Shown here: positions 9,936-20,056 of the stretch, one piece after another
Numbering within the stretch: position 1 is the first letter of the stretch
Layout of the letters: each line of letters opens with the position of its first letter
Source: an uncultured Thermoplasmata archaeon
GTDB taxonomy: Archaea > Thermoplasmatota > Thermoplasmata > UBA10834
Direction: 5' to 3'
Length of the DNA stretch: 64,000 nt
Assembly (NCBI GenBank): GCA_963787465.1
Contig: CAWBDD010000021.1
Location: 80,598-144,597 of the forward strand
Translations under genes and position numbers: made by a program
Notes under the pieces: model-generated
Seen by the model: the letters and a program-made list of their open reading frames with translations, nothing else
Told to the model about the DNA's origin: nothing
Database searches by the model: none

Positions 9936-10241
9936 GGATAGACCAACAACAAACCCACAGCTACCTACCCAAACCCCTTACCCCTTTTCTATTCCCTTCT
10001 GATGCTCGACCATGCCATCTCGCGTGCTCATGGCCGAGGCGACCCTGGCACCTGGGCGAACGGTCCTGGCATCTGTCATGCGTCGACGGGCGCCAAGGTC
10101 ACGAACGCGCCCGCCTCAGCGCACTCCCGCCACGATGGCTTCCGCCAGGGAGTGAAGGAAATCAGAATGGTGGTCCGGGTCTACCCGGCCCACCCTGGGT
10201 AAAGGGTTTGGATGCCTGCGATGGTCCCGGTCGGTCCTCGA

Positions 10242-10973
10242 TCAGAACCCGCATGCGAACGGGATGGCCAGCTCGTCCCCGAACGGGATCTCGACCACGG
10301 TCCCATCGATGTCCGGTGTCAAGTACACCATGACCTCGATGTAGAGCGTCATCGAGCAGCCTGTGCCGGCTAGCTCCACCGGGGCGTTCGCATCGACCGC
10401 GATGCCGGTGAATGCGAGCGGTGTGACGCCGTCTTCCGCGAAGCTCTTCTCAACGGTCATCGTCACGCCACTGCGCGCGACATCCGATGTGAGCAGCGTC
10501 GGCGTGCCGTCAGCGAGGTATGTCGTCGCCGTCACGGTCAGCACCGGCGTTATGGGTGTCCAGACCACGAAGTTGGTGAACGACAGGTCGAGGTCGCCGA
10601 TCGCATCGCCTGCAAGCATCACGGAGTCGGTGTCGATGATTGCGACGTTCAGCACGTAGACGAACTTGAAGCAGTCGACATGCGCCCCGCCACCGGTGTC
10701 GATGTCATAGGCACGGGTCATGAGAGTCATTGTCCTGCTGACAGCGATGGACCCGCCCGCGTTATCGATAGTGCTCTGCTCGTGCTCGAACAGCGTCTCA
10801 GATGTCATGTACGGCGCGAACTGCGCCGACGTCACGAACGAGAACGCGGCCGTTCCGAAGAACGCGGCAGCGGAGATTATGGCGAAGGCCATGACTGCCA
10901 CCTTCTTCGTCGCCTTGCGCCGGTTCCCCTCCACGATGCTCTTGCCTAGCTCGCTTTCAAACTTCTTTTCCAT
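10242..10973 (-). CDS. Membrane-anchored hypothetical protein (N-terminal signal-anchor, extracellular domain)
   Basis: Starts MEKKFESELGKSIVEGNRRKATKKVAVMAFAIISAAAFFGTAAF (TM), followed by a Thr/Val-rich probable beta-rich domain. Confidence 0.5.
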   Translation of the reverse strand: MEKKFESELGKSIVEGNRRKATKKVAVMAFAIISAAAFFGTAAFSFVTSAQFAPYMTSETLFEHEQSTIDNAGGSIAVSRTMTLMTRAYDIDTGGGAHVDCFKFVYVLNVAIIDTDSVMLAGDAIGDLDLSFTNFVVWTPITPVLTVTATTYLADGTPTLLTSDVARSGVTMTVEKSFAEDGVTPLAFTGIAVDANAPVELAGTGCSMTLYIEVMVYLTPDIDGTVVEIPFGDELAIPFACGF

Positions 10974-11272
10974 GCTTCCACACCTCTCTTCATGGGCACG
11001 ACCTCGGCGAGCTCGTCTTGCCGCGTGCCCGGTTCGATGCGCGCAACTGCGGAGGCGACGCATATCTCCGGGGGATAGCCCCGGTGTCCCCTTTGTCGCC
11101 TCTTCCACGCGTCGACCGACGAGTGACACTTACCATCTATACCCGTTGTGGTGCAAGTATCAACCAGTGGAACAGATTTCGAATCATCTGCGGGGAAGAA
11201 AGGCTATATAGCATCGAATTGGCAGACGAATTCCGACCATGGCATAGATGAATCGCGTCTGTTAACGGACCA

Positions 11273-12589
11273 TCACCGCTTCTTCTTCGCTGCCAGCTCG
11301 TTCAGCGCGCTCAGCAGGGACAGCGCCTCCTCTGGCGTATTGTAGTGCACGAAGGTGGCACGCACCATAGTCTTCGCGTCGAACAGCGCCGGCACGCGCG
11401 AGAAATAATCCTCGGCGCCGACCGCTATCGCGTATCTGTCCCACAGGATCTTCGCCAGGACGCGGTCGTCGTATCCCTTCAGCTTGAACGAGAAGGTCGG
11501 GTCCCGGTCCTCTGCGCGAGCTGGGTCCTTCGGACCGTAGAGCGTGAGCCCTGGGATGCCGTTCAGGCCAGGTATCCTGCCCTTGCCCTCGAGCATGAGC
11601 CTGGATATCCCCTTCTCGTACTCCTCGACGGATTCGAGCCCCTTCCTGACCCGTTTCATCCTTTGCTCCCCCGCCTTGGGATAGCTCTTCGCAGACGGGT
11701 TCCCGAGCCATGCGAGGTAGTCGACCGCGCCGGTGATGGCAGCGAACATCGCCTGGTCCCTCGTCCCCCACTCCCACTTCTCTGGCCCGTGGTGCGGGGA
11801 CGCGTAGACCTTGAACGGGCAGAGGTCCTCGATGAGGTCAGGGCGCATGTACATGAAGCTGCCATGGCGCGCGAAGAGCTTGTAGCCGGAGAATACGAGC
11901 GCGTCGCACCCGATGTCCCTGGCGTCGAGAGGACCGTGGGCGACATGGTGCACGGCGTCGACGATAAAGTATGCGCCGACCTCCCTGGCCAGCTTCCCGA
12001 TGCGCTTCAGCGCGGTCTTCGAGCCGAGGCAGTTGGACGCCGCGGTGACCGTGACGACGGCCGTGTCCTCGTCGATCCTCTCCTCGAGGTCGGCGAGGTC
12101 CAGCTCTCCCGACTCCCTGTCGAACTCCGCGAACCTCAGCTCCTCTATGACGCCGTTGCTCCCGAGCTCGACCCACGGGCTCACGTTGGTGTAGTGCTCG
12201 TACCCGGTGGTGACGACGTTCTCCTTGCCGGTCAGCTCCTTCCCGATCGCGTAACTGAGGTTGAACAGCAGTGAGGTCGCCGACTCGCCTGAGACGATGG
12301 TCTCCGGCCTCCCGGCGTTGAGGAGGTCCGAGACCGCCTGCCTGCCCTCGAGGATCGTCTGCTCGGCCCCCTTCGACTCTGTGAAGTCGTTGCCGACGTT
12401 GGCACTCCACTGGACGCGGGCCGTGACCTCGCGGTCGAGGCTGCGCACGTTGACGAGGGTGCCGGCGCCGTTATCCAGGAAGGACCTCTTCCTTCCGGTC
12501 GGGTCGGACTCGGCCGTCGGGAACTCGTTGCGCACCTTCTTCAGGAACTTGCGATCGAAAGTCATGCTGCGGTATATGCGGGACGCCAT
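11273..12589 (-). CDS. Class V aminotransferase / cysteine desulfurase-like PLP enzyme
   Basis: 438 aa. The FIVDAVHHVAHGPLD and SGYKLF..HGSFMYMRP region corresponds to the PLP-lysine region of NifS/SufS/CsdA-like enzymes. Confidence 0.7.
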   Translation of the reverse strand: MASRIYRSMTFDRKFLKKVRNEFPTAESDPTGRKRSFLDNGAGTLVNVRSLDREVTARVQWSANVGNDFTESKGAEQTILEGRQAVSDLLNAGRPETIVSGESATSLLFNLSYAIGKELTGKENVVTTGYEHYTNVSPWVELGSNGVIEELRFAEFDRESGELDLADLEERIDEDTAVVTVTAASNCLGSKTALKRIGKLAREVGAYFIVDAVHHVAHGPLDARDIGCDALVFSGYKLFARHGSFMYMRPDLIEDLCPFKVYASPHHGPEKWEWGTRDQAMFAAITGAVDYLAWLGNPSAKSYPKAGEQRMKRVRKGLESVEEYEKGISRLMLEGKGRIPGLNGIPGLTLYGPKDPARAEDRDPTFSFKLKGYDDRVLAKILWDRYAIAVGAEDYFSRVPALFDAKTMVRATFVHYNTPEEALSLLSALNELAAKKKR

Positions 12590-12729
12590 TGATAAGAATT
12601 GAGATTGGAGGGAGGGTCAGGAGAAACATGGAAAGGGATTTGGAAAAGGGGTTTCAGTGGGCAGGAAGGCCCTCGTACTTGCCACAAAGCTGTTTGGGGG
12701 AGACTCTGTGTGCGAGATCCGGAATGGGC

Positions 12730-13050
12730 TCATTCCTGTCCACATGCAGACGAATAGGGAGGGTCCAGCTCAGTCTCATTGTAGAGGAACTCGTGGTCGT
12801 AGAGATAGTCGTAGTCGAGGCACGAGTCGCAGGTGGCGTCATCCGCGACGGTCTCGTCCGCGAGGGTCGCGTCGTCGGTCGTGACATCGTCCGCGCACGG
12901 GCAGTCACAGTTGTCGCCGGTGCCGTCCTTCAGCTGGTCCTGTATCTGGTCACAGTCGCCGTTCATGTTGCCGAGCGCCGATACAGTTGCGACGCCGCCG
13001 ATCATCATGGCCGCGCCGAGTGCCAGCGCAATGTATGCGTTTGCGATCAT
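12730..13050 (-). CDS. Small secreted, highly acidic Cys-rich protein (signal peptide plus ~80 aa mature peptide, 8 Cys)
   Basis: MIANAYIALALGAAMMIGGVATVSALG signal, then a D-rich, Cys-rich peptide. Composition is protein-like, in contrast to the overlapping plus-strand ORF. Confidence 0.45.
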   Translation of the reverse strand: MIANAYIALALGAAMMIGGVATVSALGNMNGDCDQIQDQLKDGTGDNCDCPCADDVTTDDATLADETVADDATCDSCLDYDYLYDHEFLYNETELDPPYSSACGQE

Positions 13051-13256
13051 GGTTTTTCACCGCTCTCTTCTCGAGGCAGGTTCGCCCGCCTCTGATTCGC
13101 AGAGTACAGGGGACTTGATAAGTGCGTTGTGGTACGAGAATCAACCAATAGCACAAGGTTCAATGTATATAGCCAGATGGTCGGAAAACACGCTCGGTCT
13201 TTTGCAGAAAATGATAACGGGGAAATGGTTTGAGATGTGCGATTCAGCGGGTGCGT

Positions 13257-14189
13257 CTATCTCCCGTGCCTGCTCATGACGGTGCCGAGCTGGCCGTTGC
13301 CGTTCCCGCCGCCGTTCATGTTGCCGCCGCCACCGTCGCCACCGCCATCGTGGTCACCGTTGTCGCCGCCGCCGGTCGATCCGCTGTCGGACTTATCGAC
13401 CAGGTCGCCGAGCTGGACCCAGGCGCCGTTGGTTCCCTCGATGAGACCGCCGTTGTCCGCCGGAATCGGGGTGAACCCGATCGGCTCAACGACAACGTCC
13501 TCGCTCAGGATGACGACCTCCTCTTCCTCCACCGGGTACTCGGTCTGCAGGGCGTAGTTGACCGTCCACAGGCCAGGTATGGTCACTTCGACTTTGTAGA
13601 TGCCAGGTATTATCCCCTCGGTGTCCCACAGGAACCCGTAGATCAGGTGCCCGGCCTTGTTTATCTCCCTGGTGACCTCGTCGGCGTCCGAGACGCCGTC
13701 GTCGAAGTCAGAGGTGAAGGTATAGGTGTATTCCGCATCTTCCACGTTGTAGATCTTGACCGTGATGTCCGAGACGGACACCATGTACGTGTCGTAGAGC
13801 ACGTACGGGTCGTACATGATCTCTGCCTGAGTGTACACCTTCGGGACCTCCACACCTGTGGCGTTGAGCATGGTGAGTCCGCTCACGCTCTGGGCGAGGT
13901 CCACCGGCAGGTCGCTCACGGCGATCGTGTCGGCGAAGTCATAGTCCCAGTCCGGGTCGAGGTTGACCACGGCGGTCTCAATCCTGATCAGGTTCCCCAC
14001 CCGCCACTGCGGCCCGAATGCCATGTTGTCCGCGAAGTAGACCGCCACAGGGACCGACCCTTGGCCATCCAACGGACCCATGATCGGAACCGGCACGGCG
14101 GGCTCCTCCTCAGCTGCGGCGAGAGAGGCGAACGATATCGCCAACATCACCGTAGCTACCGCTGTCACATACAGTTTCTTTGATCTCAT
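13257..14189 (-). CDS. Secreted protein with a C-terminal Gly/Asp/Asn-rich tail (paralog of 14406-15149)
   Basis: Signal peptide MRSKKLYVTAVATVMLAISFASLAAAEEEP. Conserved blocks FADNMAFGPQWRVGNLIRIE and INKAGHLIYGFLWDTEG are shared with the neighbouring gene. The tail is GGGDNGDHDGGGDGGGGNMNGGGNGNG. Confidence 0.6.
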   Translation of the reverse strand: MRSKKLYVTAVATVMLAISFASLAAAEEEPAVPVPIMGPLDGQGSVPVAVYFADNMAFGPQWRVGNLIRIETAVVNLDPDWDYDFADTIAVSDLPVDLAQSVSGLTMLNATGVEVPKVYTQAEIMYDPYVLYDTYMVSVSDITVKIYNVEDAEYTYTFTSDFDDGVSDADEVTREINKAGHLIYGFLWDTEGIIPGIYKVEVTIPGLWTVNYALQTEYPVEEEEVVILSEDVVVEPIGFTPIPADNGGLIEGTNGAWVQLGDLVDKSDSGSTGGGDNGDHDGGGDGGGGNMNGGGNGNGQLGTVMSRHGR

Positions 14190-14405
14190 TTGCTTCAGTC
14201 TCCCCCTTGTTGTTAGAACCCCGCAAGGAGTTCGGAGAGGGGCATCGCGAAACAGCCTAATAATCCTGCTTACTGACACGCCCCGTAAGATGCCCATCTG
14301 AGGGGCGTGTTTTCACGGCGTGAACATCGTGCAAGAAAGAGGACGAAAATGGTTTACAAGTGTCTGCCGGACGGATCCGATTGTCCGTCGACGAGACGGC
14401 GGGTC

Positions 14406-15149
14406 TCACTTCCTGCCGTTCCCGCCCCCGCCGCCGTTGCCCCCACCGCCGCCCTTGGCGATCAGCTGGCCGAGGTAGATGTGTGCAGCGTTCGCCGTCT
14501 GGTCGACCCCGCCTGTCCCGGAGACGCCGGTATCCAACGGGAGAGCTTCGTAGCCAGTCATCGTGCCGTCCTCGGCAATCAGGCTTCGGACAGCGAGATC
14601 GACGTCGTACGCGTCTGGGATGTCCACACTGACCTTGTAGACCCCTGCCGGCGCGGCGCTCGTGTCCCACTTGAGCCCGTATATCAGGTGCCCGACCTTG
14701 TTGATCTCCCTCCCGACCGTATCCGCGTCGCCGACCCCGTCGTTGAAGTCGGAGTGGAACACCGTCGAGTACCCGTTCCCGGATATCGTGACGGTGATCT
14801 CGGACACAGACACCATCCAGGTCGTCAGTATCAGGTCGGGATCGGTCACGAGGTCCGCCTGGGTGTAGCCCAGGTTCACGTTCAGCGGGATGTCCGCCGC
14901 CGTGGCGGACCCGTCACCGTCTGTGTCGTAGAGCTCGAGCACCATGATCTCGATCCTCACCAGGTTCCCGACCCTCCACTGCGGCGTGAACGCCATGTTG
15001 TCGGCGAACGCGACCGCGTAATCGATCGTCGGGTCCGGCGGCGTAATCGGTATCGGTATAGCCGGTTCCTCTGCACTCACTAACCATGCCGAAGGCACGA
15101 TTGCCATCAGCAAAGTCAACGCCAAAGCTGATGCCTTTCTTCCTCGCAC
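14406..15149 (-). CDS. Secreted protein with a C-terminal poly-Gly/Asn tail (tandem paralog of 13257-14189)
   Basis: Signal peptide MRGRKASALALTLLMAIVPSAWLVSAEEPA. Shares the FADNMAFTPQWRVGNLVRIE and INKVGHLIYGLKWDTS blocks. The tail is KGGGGGNGGGGGNGRK. Confidence 0.6.
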   Translation of the reverse strand: MRGRKASALALTLLMAIVPSAWLVSAEEPAIPIPITPPDPTIDYAVAFADNMAFTPQWRVGNLVRIEIMVLELYDTDGDGSATAADIPLNVNLGYTQADLVTDPDLILTTWMVSVSEITVTISGNGYSTVFHSDFNDGVGDADTVGREINKVGHLIYGLKWDTSAAPAGVYKVSVDIPDAYDVDLAVRSLIAEDGTMTGYEALPLDTGVSGTGGVDQTANAAHIYLGQLIAKGGGGGNGGGGGNGRK

Positions 15150-15439
15150 TTCTTATGTCCCCCTATCCTCTGTGGCCGGTGAAGGCCCATCCCATCGAAG
15201 CTGTAACGGAGTTATATTGATTACGCGACACAACCGTACATAACGATGTGATAGTGCGTGGTCAGTGCGACACCGCGGGGCGCCAAGGGATCACTCCAGA
15301 AAGCCTTACGTATGACAAATGGTCTACAGGGCGTCGGGATAGGGTGACAACGAGACCGACGGTATTGTCGACAGGGCCGTCCATGTTCTATGGCTGTACC
15401 AAATCCCTTAATAAATCCGACAGGGATGTTGTCTTCGAT

Positions 15440-16669
15440 ATGCGGGGAAACAGGGTTCTGTCCACAGTCGTGTTCCTTTCGCTCGTCCTAGCGGCAATGC
15501 TGGCCCTGCCAGGAAGAGCGGAGGCAGCAACGGCGGACGAGGGGATCACCTACACGGTCGACCCCGGAGTCGTCACCGTACAGACCCCGAACATGACCAT
15601 CCAGATATCAACCACACTCCCTGCGGTCATAGTCTGGAACTCGACCGACATCAGCGAGCCAGGGGACGGCTTCCTGTTCTCGACCATACTCGGGTACAAC
15701 ACCACGCTCCCTGACGGCCTCATCCTCGACCAGGTTCCGTATCACGCGACCTTCGACAGCACCGTCTGGACGCCGGTCGGACCGAGCCTGACGACCGACC
15801 CGGAGCTGGGCGACGTTCTGACCATGGAGATGGTCACCACCGTGGACATCAACAAGAGGCTGTCCTTTTCAGGTGGCAACCCCGAACCTGGAACGCCAGG
15901 CATAGAGGTCATCGAGGACTGGGCCACCATCACCGTCGCATTCATCGTGGCCGAGAGGTCGTACTCCGCCGAGTACGACGTGGCCGACTCACCGGCGTTC
16001 CCGGTGAACGGCTCGACGGAGGTCAAGTTCGACATCGCGATCGACATCCATGAACCCATTGACGCCGACAGCCTGGCACTGGATCTCGGGCTCATGAAGA
16101 TGGATTCGACGGTCTTCGGACCGTCGCTGACGGCAGAGTCCTACCTCTTCCGCGGGTACCAGGACACGACCATCACGACGAGCGACCCATCCGTCAACGA
16201 GACCGACGGTGAGGAGCTCATCATGCACACCTTCGATCCGAGGGACGGCTGCAAGCAGCTCTTCGAGTTCGTAGACATCAACGAGACGAGCTTCTTCGGG
16301 TGGGCCGACCAGGCCCTGATGGAATGGTCGAACACGGACCCTGACCTGGTCGATGTCACCACGTACTACAGGACCGACGGCGAGGCGCTGCGTGTATACG
16401 TCGCCACTCCCCTGGACAACGAGACGGAGCTGATTACCCACGACCCGAGCCTCGGGGCGTACATCTGGTCCAGCGGCGGAGGCTACGTGCCCCTGCCCGG
16501 CGGCGGCTCCATAGTCGGCGCGTCCGTGACCTCTCTGGCCATCGGCCTGCTCATGGGCGTCGCCGTGGCCGGCGCCACCGGCGCGTTCATCGCTGTCAGG
16601 AGTCTGTCCAAAGAGGACCCGGCGGACCTGGTCAGGCTTGAGAAGAACAGGTACTACCGCAAGAAGTGA
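15440..16669 (+). CDS. Cell-surface protein: signal peptide, extracellular domain and a C-terminal TM anchor with an NRYYRKK tail
   Basis: Start MRGNRVLSTVVFLSLVLAAMLALPGRAEAA. The C-terminal TM is ...SLAIGLLMGVAVAGATGAFIAV, followed by ...LEKNRYYRKK*. Same organisation as 8481-9935. Confidence 0.6.
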   Translation: MRGNRVLSTVVFLSLVLAAMLALPGRAEAATADEGITYTVDPGVVTVQTPNMTIQISTTLPAVIVWNSTDISEPGDGFLFSTILGYNTTLPDGLILDQVPYHATFDSTVWTPVGPSLTTDPELGDVLTMEMVTTVDINKRLSFSGGNPEPGTPGIEVIEDWATITVAFIVAERSYSAEYDVADSPAFPVNGSTEVKFDIAIDIHEPIDADSLALDLGLMKMDSTVFGPSLTAESYLFRGYQDTTITTSDPSVNETDGEELIMHTFDPRDGCKQLFEFVDINETSFFGWADQALMEWSNTDPDLVDVTTYYRTDGEALRVYVATPLDNETELITHDPSLGAYIWSSGGGYVPLPGGGSIVGASVTSLAIGLLMGVAVAGATGAFIAVRSLSKEDPADLVRLEKNRYYRKK

Positions 16670-16675
16670 CCCTGG

Positions 16676-17302
16676 TCACAGAGGTCCCTGGGCGTCGTCG
16701 GTGTTCTGATCCCTCTTCGGAGAGGCGGTGCCCATCTCGACGTACCTGGCAACGAACTCATCGACCAGCTTGTCGAGGAAGGTCCTGCGGTAGACTATCA
16801 GCAGGTCCGCGACCTTGTCTGGGTCGATGACCGTCAGGCGCGACTCGCGTCCGACCTTGTCGAGCTTGACGACCCCTTTCGACACGAGTTTCTTGAGGTG
16901 GTACGAGAGGGTGCCGCCGGAGATCGTGAAGTTCTTCAGCACGTCCCCGTGCGTCGCCCCTGGGTTCGACAGAAGGAAGAGTATGACACCCCTGGGGATC
17001 TCCTGCCTCAGCGAGGAGAGTATCCTCTGCTTGTCCTGTCCCATCAGGATGCCTGGATAGTACCTTGAGAAGCTCTCGCGCTTGTCGAGCGAGATGATCG
17101 ACCGGTCCACGAGGTAGTTCAGGTGGTACTCGAGGACCCCGATGGGCAGCGCAGTCCGGCGTTGGATCTCCCTGAAGTGCAGGCCAGGGCTCGCCCTGAT
17201 GCACTCGAATATCCTCTTGCGGTTCTCGAGCTCAAGGGGATCCTGCAATGCGCCTCCCTCCGACGAGGCCGACCATGATCGCGGCCAGCAACACTGCGGC
17301 AT
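16676..17302 (-). CDS. Transcriptional regulator with two winged-helix (ArsR/MarR-like) HTH domains
   Basis: RIFECIRASPGLHFREIQRRTALPIGVLEYHLNYLVDRSII and ILFLLSNPGATHGDVLKNFTISGGTLSYHLKKLVSKGVV are both wHTH-like. The true start may be TTG at 17246-17248. Confidence 0.65.
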   Translation of the reverse strand: MPQCCWPRSWSASSEGGALQDPLELENRKRIFECIRASPGLHFREIQRRTALPIGVLEYHLNYLVDRSIISLDKRESFSRYYPGILMGQDKQRILSSLRQEIPRGVILFLLSNPGATHGDVLKNFTISGGTLSYHLKKLVSKGVVKLDKVGRESRLTVIDPDKVADLLIVYRRTFLDKLVDEFVARYVEMGTASPKRDQNTDDAQGPL

Positions 17303-17522
17303 CCGCTACAACCACGATGATCGCGTCGACCTCGTCGAGCCAGTCCGTCGTGTAGGCCAGCGCCAGTATCGAAATGGTCAGGACGATGTGGGCCGTCAGG
17401 GCCCCCGACATGAGGAGGAGCGGGCGTACGCCGCTCCTGCGGTATGACATCACGGACAGCACGAGCAAGAAGGCTGAGACGCCTAAGAACAGCCCCAAGA
17501 CCGTGTCCAAAATCTCTACCAT
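17232..17522 (-). CDS. Small integral membrane protein (3 TM), co-oriented with and overlapping the wHTH regulator
   Basis: 96 aa, very hydrophobic, with a positively charged loop (YRRSGVRP). Confidence 0.45.
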   Translation of the reverse strand: MVEILDTVLGLFLGVSAFLLVLSVMSYRRSGVRPLLLMSGALTAHIVLTISILALAYTTDWLDEVDAIIVVVADAAVLLAAIMVGLVGGRRIAGSP

Positions 17523-17603
17523 ATCGATGTCTGGAGTCTGTATGCCTTCACGGCCTATAATACGTGCGCTGGCTGAGAATTTGAAGTGACCATGAGGAGG
17601 TGG

Positions 17604-18539
17604 TCAGAGTATGCGCTTCAGCCTCAATGCGGCCCAGAGCACAGCGACGCCGACGGCCGACAGCCCTATCACGAGGAAGAACGCCCTGGAATCCTCTGCG
17701 AAAGGCAGGGGGACGTTCATACCGTAGAGGCTCGCGAGGAGCGTCGGCAGGATGAGGATCAGGCTGATCGTGGTCAGTGTCTTCATGACCAACGACAGGT
17801 TGTTCGATATCTGTGACTCGTAGGCGTTGAGGACGTTGGACATGATCTCCCTGTAGATCGTCGTCATCTCGTACAGCTGGGCCACGTCGTTCTCGAGGTC
17901 CTCGGCCACGTCCAGCTTGTCCTTGGCCATCTTCAGTTGCTTGGACCGCGGGAGCATCGATATGGCGTTCAGGTTGGACAGGAGCGCGGTGTTCAGCAGG
18001 ATGAGGGAGTTGCTGAGGGCGAACGCGGCGTGGGCCACCTCCGCGCTCTTCGCCTTGAGGACGGTCTCCTGGATGGAGCTGATCCTCCTCTCCATGGGCC
18101 GGACCCTGCGCTCGATGTCCCTCGTGACCTTCCTGACGATGCCGAAGAACAGGTCCTCCTTGGTTTCGATGCGGGGCCTCCGCCTCATATCGGACGTGAG
18201 CTCTGGCGGGGTGAAAGTCGCCCCGAGCCTGACGGTGATCACGTTCTTCGGCGTGACGAAGATGCCTATGGGGACCGTCTGCACCTTGTCCCCCTCGGAT
18301 TCCTCGGCGGCCAGGTTCCGCAGCACGAGGAGGTCGTACCCCTCCTCGACCTCGACCCTCGCCCGCTCGTTGGGGTCGAGGCAGTCCGCGACGTCCTGGA
18401 GCGCGAGACCGAAGACGCGGTGGAGGACGTCGACCTCCTCCGGGGACGGCGCGACGAGATCCACCCAGAGGGCCGACCTGACCATGTCAGGGCTGACCTC
18501 TTCGAGGATGCCTTCCTCGGCGCAGTAGAGCCGCATCAT
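17604..18539 (-). CDS. corA: Magnesium/cobalt transporter CorA
   Basis: 311 aa. C-terminal YGMNV (GMN motif) between two TM helices. The cytoplasmic N-terminal domain is acidic. Confidence 0.85.
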   Translation of the reverse strand: MMRLYCAEEGILEEVSPDMVRSALWVDLVAPSPEEVDVLHRVFGLALQDVADCLDPNERARVEVEEGYDLLVLRNLAAEESEGDKVQTVPIGIFVTPKNVITVRLGATFTPPELTSDMRRRPRIETKEDLFFGIVRKVTRDIERRVRPMERRISSIQETVLKAKSAEVAHAAFALSNSLILLNTALLSNLNAISMLPRSKQLKMAKDKLDVAEDLENDVAQLYEMTTIYREIMSNVLNAYESQISNNLSLVMKTLTTISLILILPTLLASLYGMNVPLPFAEDSRAFFLVIGLSAVGVAVLWAALRLKRIL

Positions 18540-18629
18540 CGTTTACCACTCGTCCCGGCTCCCGATGGCCGAAGGCAGGATATATGCCTTCGCGGCGGGG
18601 CGGGACCCACTCCGTCCGCAAGAGAACGG

Positions 18630-19196
18630 TCACGCCAGGGGCTTGCCCCAGCCGTCGATGAAGAAGTTCTCGCCGACGGGTTTCCGCTCGGGCCTGGCGG
18701 CCTCCCACCCCTTCTGCTTCTCCGAGAGGAGGGAATCGTCCGTCCCGGGATAGCCGCATATGACGAGCGTGACCACCACGAACTCGTCAGGTATCCCGAG
18801 GGCCGACCGGACCTTCGCAGGATCGTACCCGGCGATCGGATGCGCGATGATGCCGAGCTCGGTCGCGCGCAGCAACAGCTGCCCCAGGGCGAGTCCGCAG
18901 TCGAAGCGGTAGTAGTCTCGACGGTCGCTCAGCTGGCAGTCATCCGTCTCCCTCGCGGCCACGACGATCACGGTGTCCGCCCTCGTCGCCCAGACGTTGC
19001 CCTTGGCCAGGGCGGCCTTGACGGATTCCAGGGCGGGCCCGCGGCGGCAGAACACCATCCGCCACGGCTGGTTGTTGAAGCACGATGCGGAAAGCCGCGC
19101 CGCTTCGACAAGCGACAGCACCTCCGCATCCTCGATGTGCTTCTCAGAAAGGGACCGCTTCGCCCTGCGCGTCCTGACGGCTTCCGCCACCTCCAA
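18630..19196 (-). CDS. Nitroreductase family protein
   Basis: 188 aa. Nitroreductase fold signatures are present (RRAKRSL...; ...GQLLLRATELGIIAHPIAGYDP). Confidence 0.75.
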   Translation of the reverse strand: MEVAEAVRTRRAKRSLSEKHIEDAEVLSLVEAARLSASCFNNQPWRMVFCRRGPALESVKAALAKGNVWATRADTVIVVAARETDDCQLSDRRDYYRFDCGLALGQLLLRATELGIIAHPIAGYDPAKVRSALGIPDEFVVVTLVICGYPGTDDSLLSEKQKGWEAARPERKPVGENFFIDGWGKPLA

Positions 19197-19258
19197 CCCG
19201 ATTCACCCCGACCGAGAATCGCACGGGGAGGATTTAGACTTGGCCCAATGTCGTCAAC

Positions 19259-20056
19259 TCAGACCCTGTAGACCTTCCACTTGACCTCGTAGCCCGAACC
19301 CGCCTTGAGCTCGTTGACGGACTCGAGCATCCGGTCCGTGGATTCCTTGTTCCCGCAGAACACGACGTCCACCCCCTTGCTCAGGGCGCTCATCGTCGCC
19401 TCCACAGGCGCGTGTATCGTGAAGAGCTCGCCGCTGGCCTTCATCATAAGGGCCGCTCCCACGAGGTCCCCTGCCACAAGCAGTCCCGGGGAGAACGACT
19501 CCAGCTCCTTGGAGACCCTCGGGACGTCGACGCCCTTCGAGCCGCCGTCGTACTCGGACGGGGCCTCGATGAGGAGCAACTTCCCAAGGTCCATCTCGAC
19601 GATGCCCTCGAGGTCGCCGACCAGCACGTCGTCGCCATCGGAGGCCCGCTCCTTGGCCACACCCATGGAGGATTCCTTCCGGCTCGGGTAGGCCATCAGC
19701 ATGCCGTCCTCCATCGTCAGTCCGACCGACTGGCCCGAGTCGATGGCCCCGCCCGCGATTGCGACGCAGGTGTCTATCACGCTGATCCTCTTGAGGGTGG
19801 TGTCGACCTCCTGCTTGAGGGCGGTGAAGTGCTCCTGGAGGAGCTGCATCCCCTTCCTGGTCGGTCGGATCATCCCCTTCTGCTCCCTGACCAGGCCCTC
19901 CTTCCTCATGATGCCTATGTACTGGCTGACCGCCTGTACGGTCACGTCCAGCCTGTCGGCGATCTCCTTGAGACGGACCGACGGCGAGTCGATGACCTCT
20001 ATGAGGATAAGCAGTTCCGTGTTCCTCTTGAGGTCCCTAAGCGGTCGGATTCTCAT
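19259..20056 (-). CDS. Winged-helix transcriptional regulator with a C-terminal putative ligand-binding domain (likely regulates the adjacent ABC importer)
   Basis: The N-terminal sequence LILIEVIDSPSVRLKEIADRLDVTVQAVSQYIGIMRKEGLV is a wHTH. It is divergent from and overlaps the start of the ABC ATPase gene. Confidence 0.6.
   Translation of the reverse strand: MRIRPLRDLKRNTELLILIEVIDSPSVRLKEIADRLDVTVQAVSQYIGIMRKEGLVREQKGMIRPTRKGMQLLQEHFTALKQEVDTTLKRISVIDTCVAIAGGAIDSGQSVGLTMEDGMLMAYPSRKESSMGVAKERASDGDDVLVGDLEGIVEMDLGKLLLIEAPSEYDGGSKGVDVPRVSKELESFSPGLLVAGDLVGAALMMKASGELFTIHAPVEATMSALSKGVDVVFCGNKESTDRMLESVNELKAGSGYEVKWKVYRV

Noticed and set aside
11345-12274. 309-aa plus-strand ORF
   Set aside because: It is antisense to the class V aminotransferase and is P/R/G-rich.
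17937-19271. 444-aa plus-strand ORF
   Set aside because: It spans corA and the nitroreductase on the opposite strand. It has no domain-like sequence and is Arg/Pro/Gly-rich.
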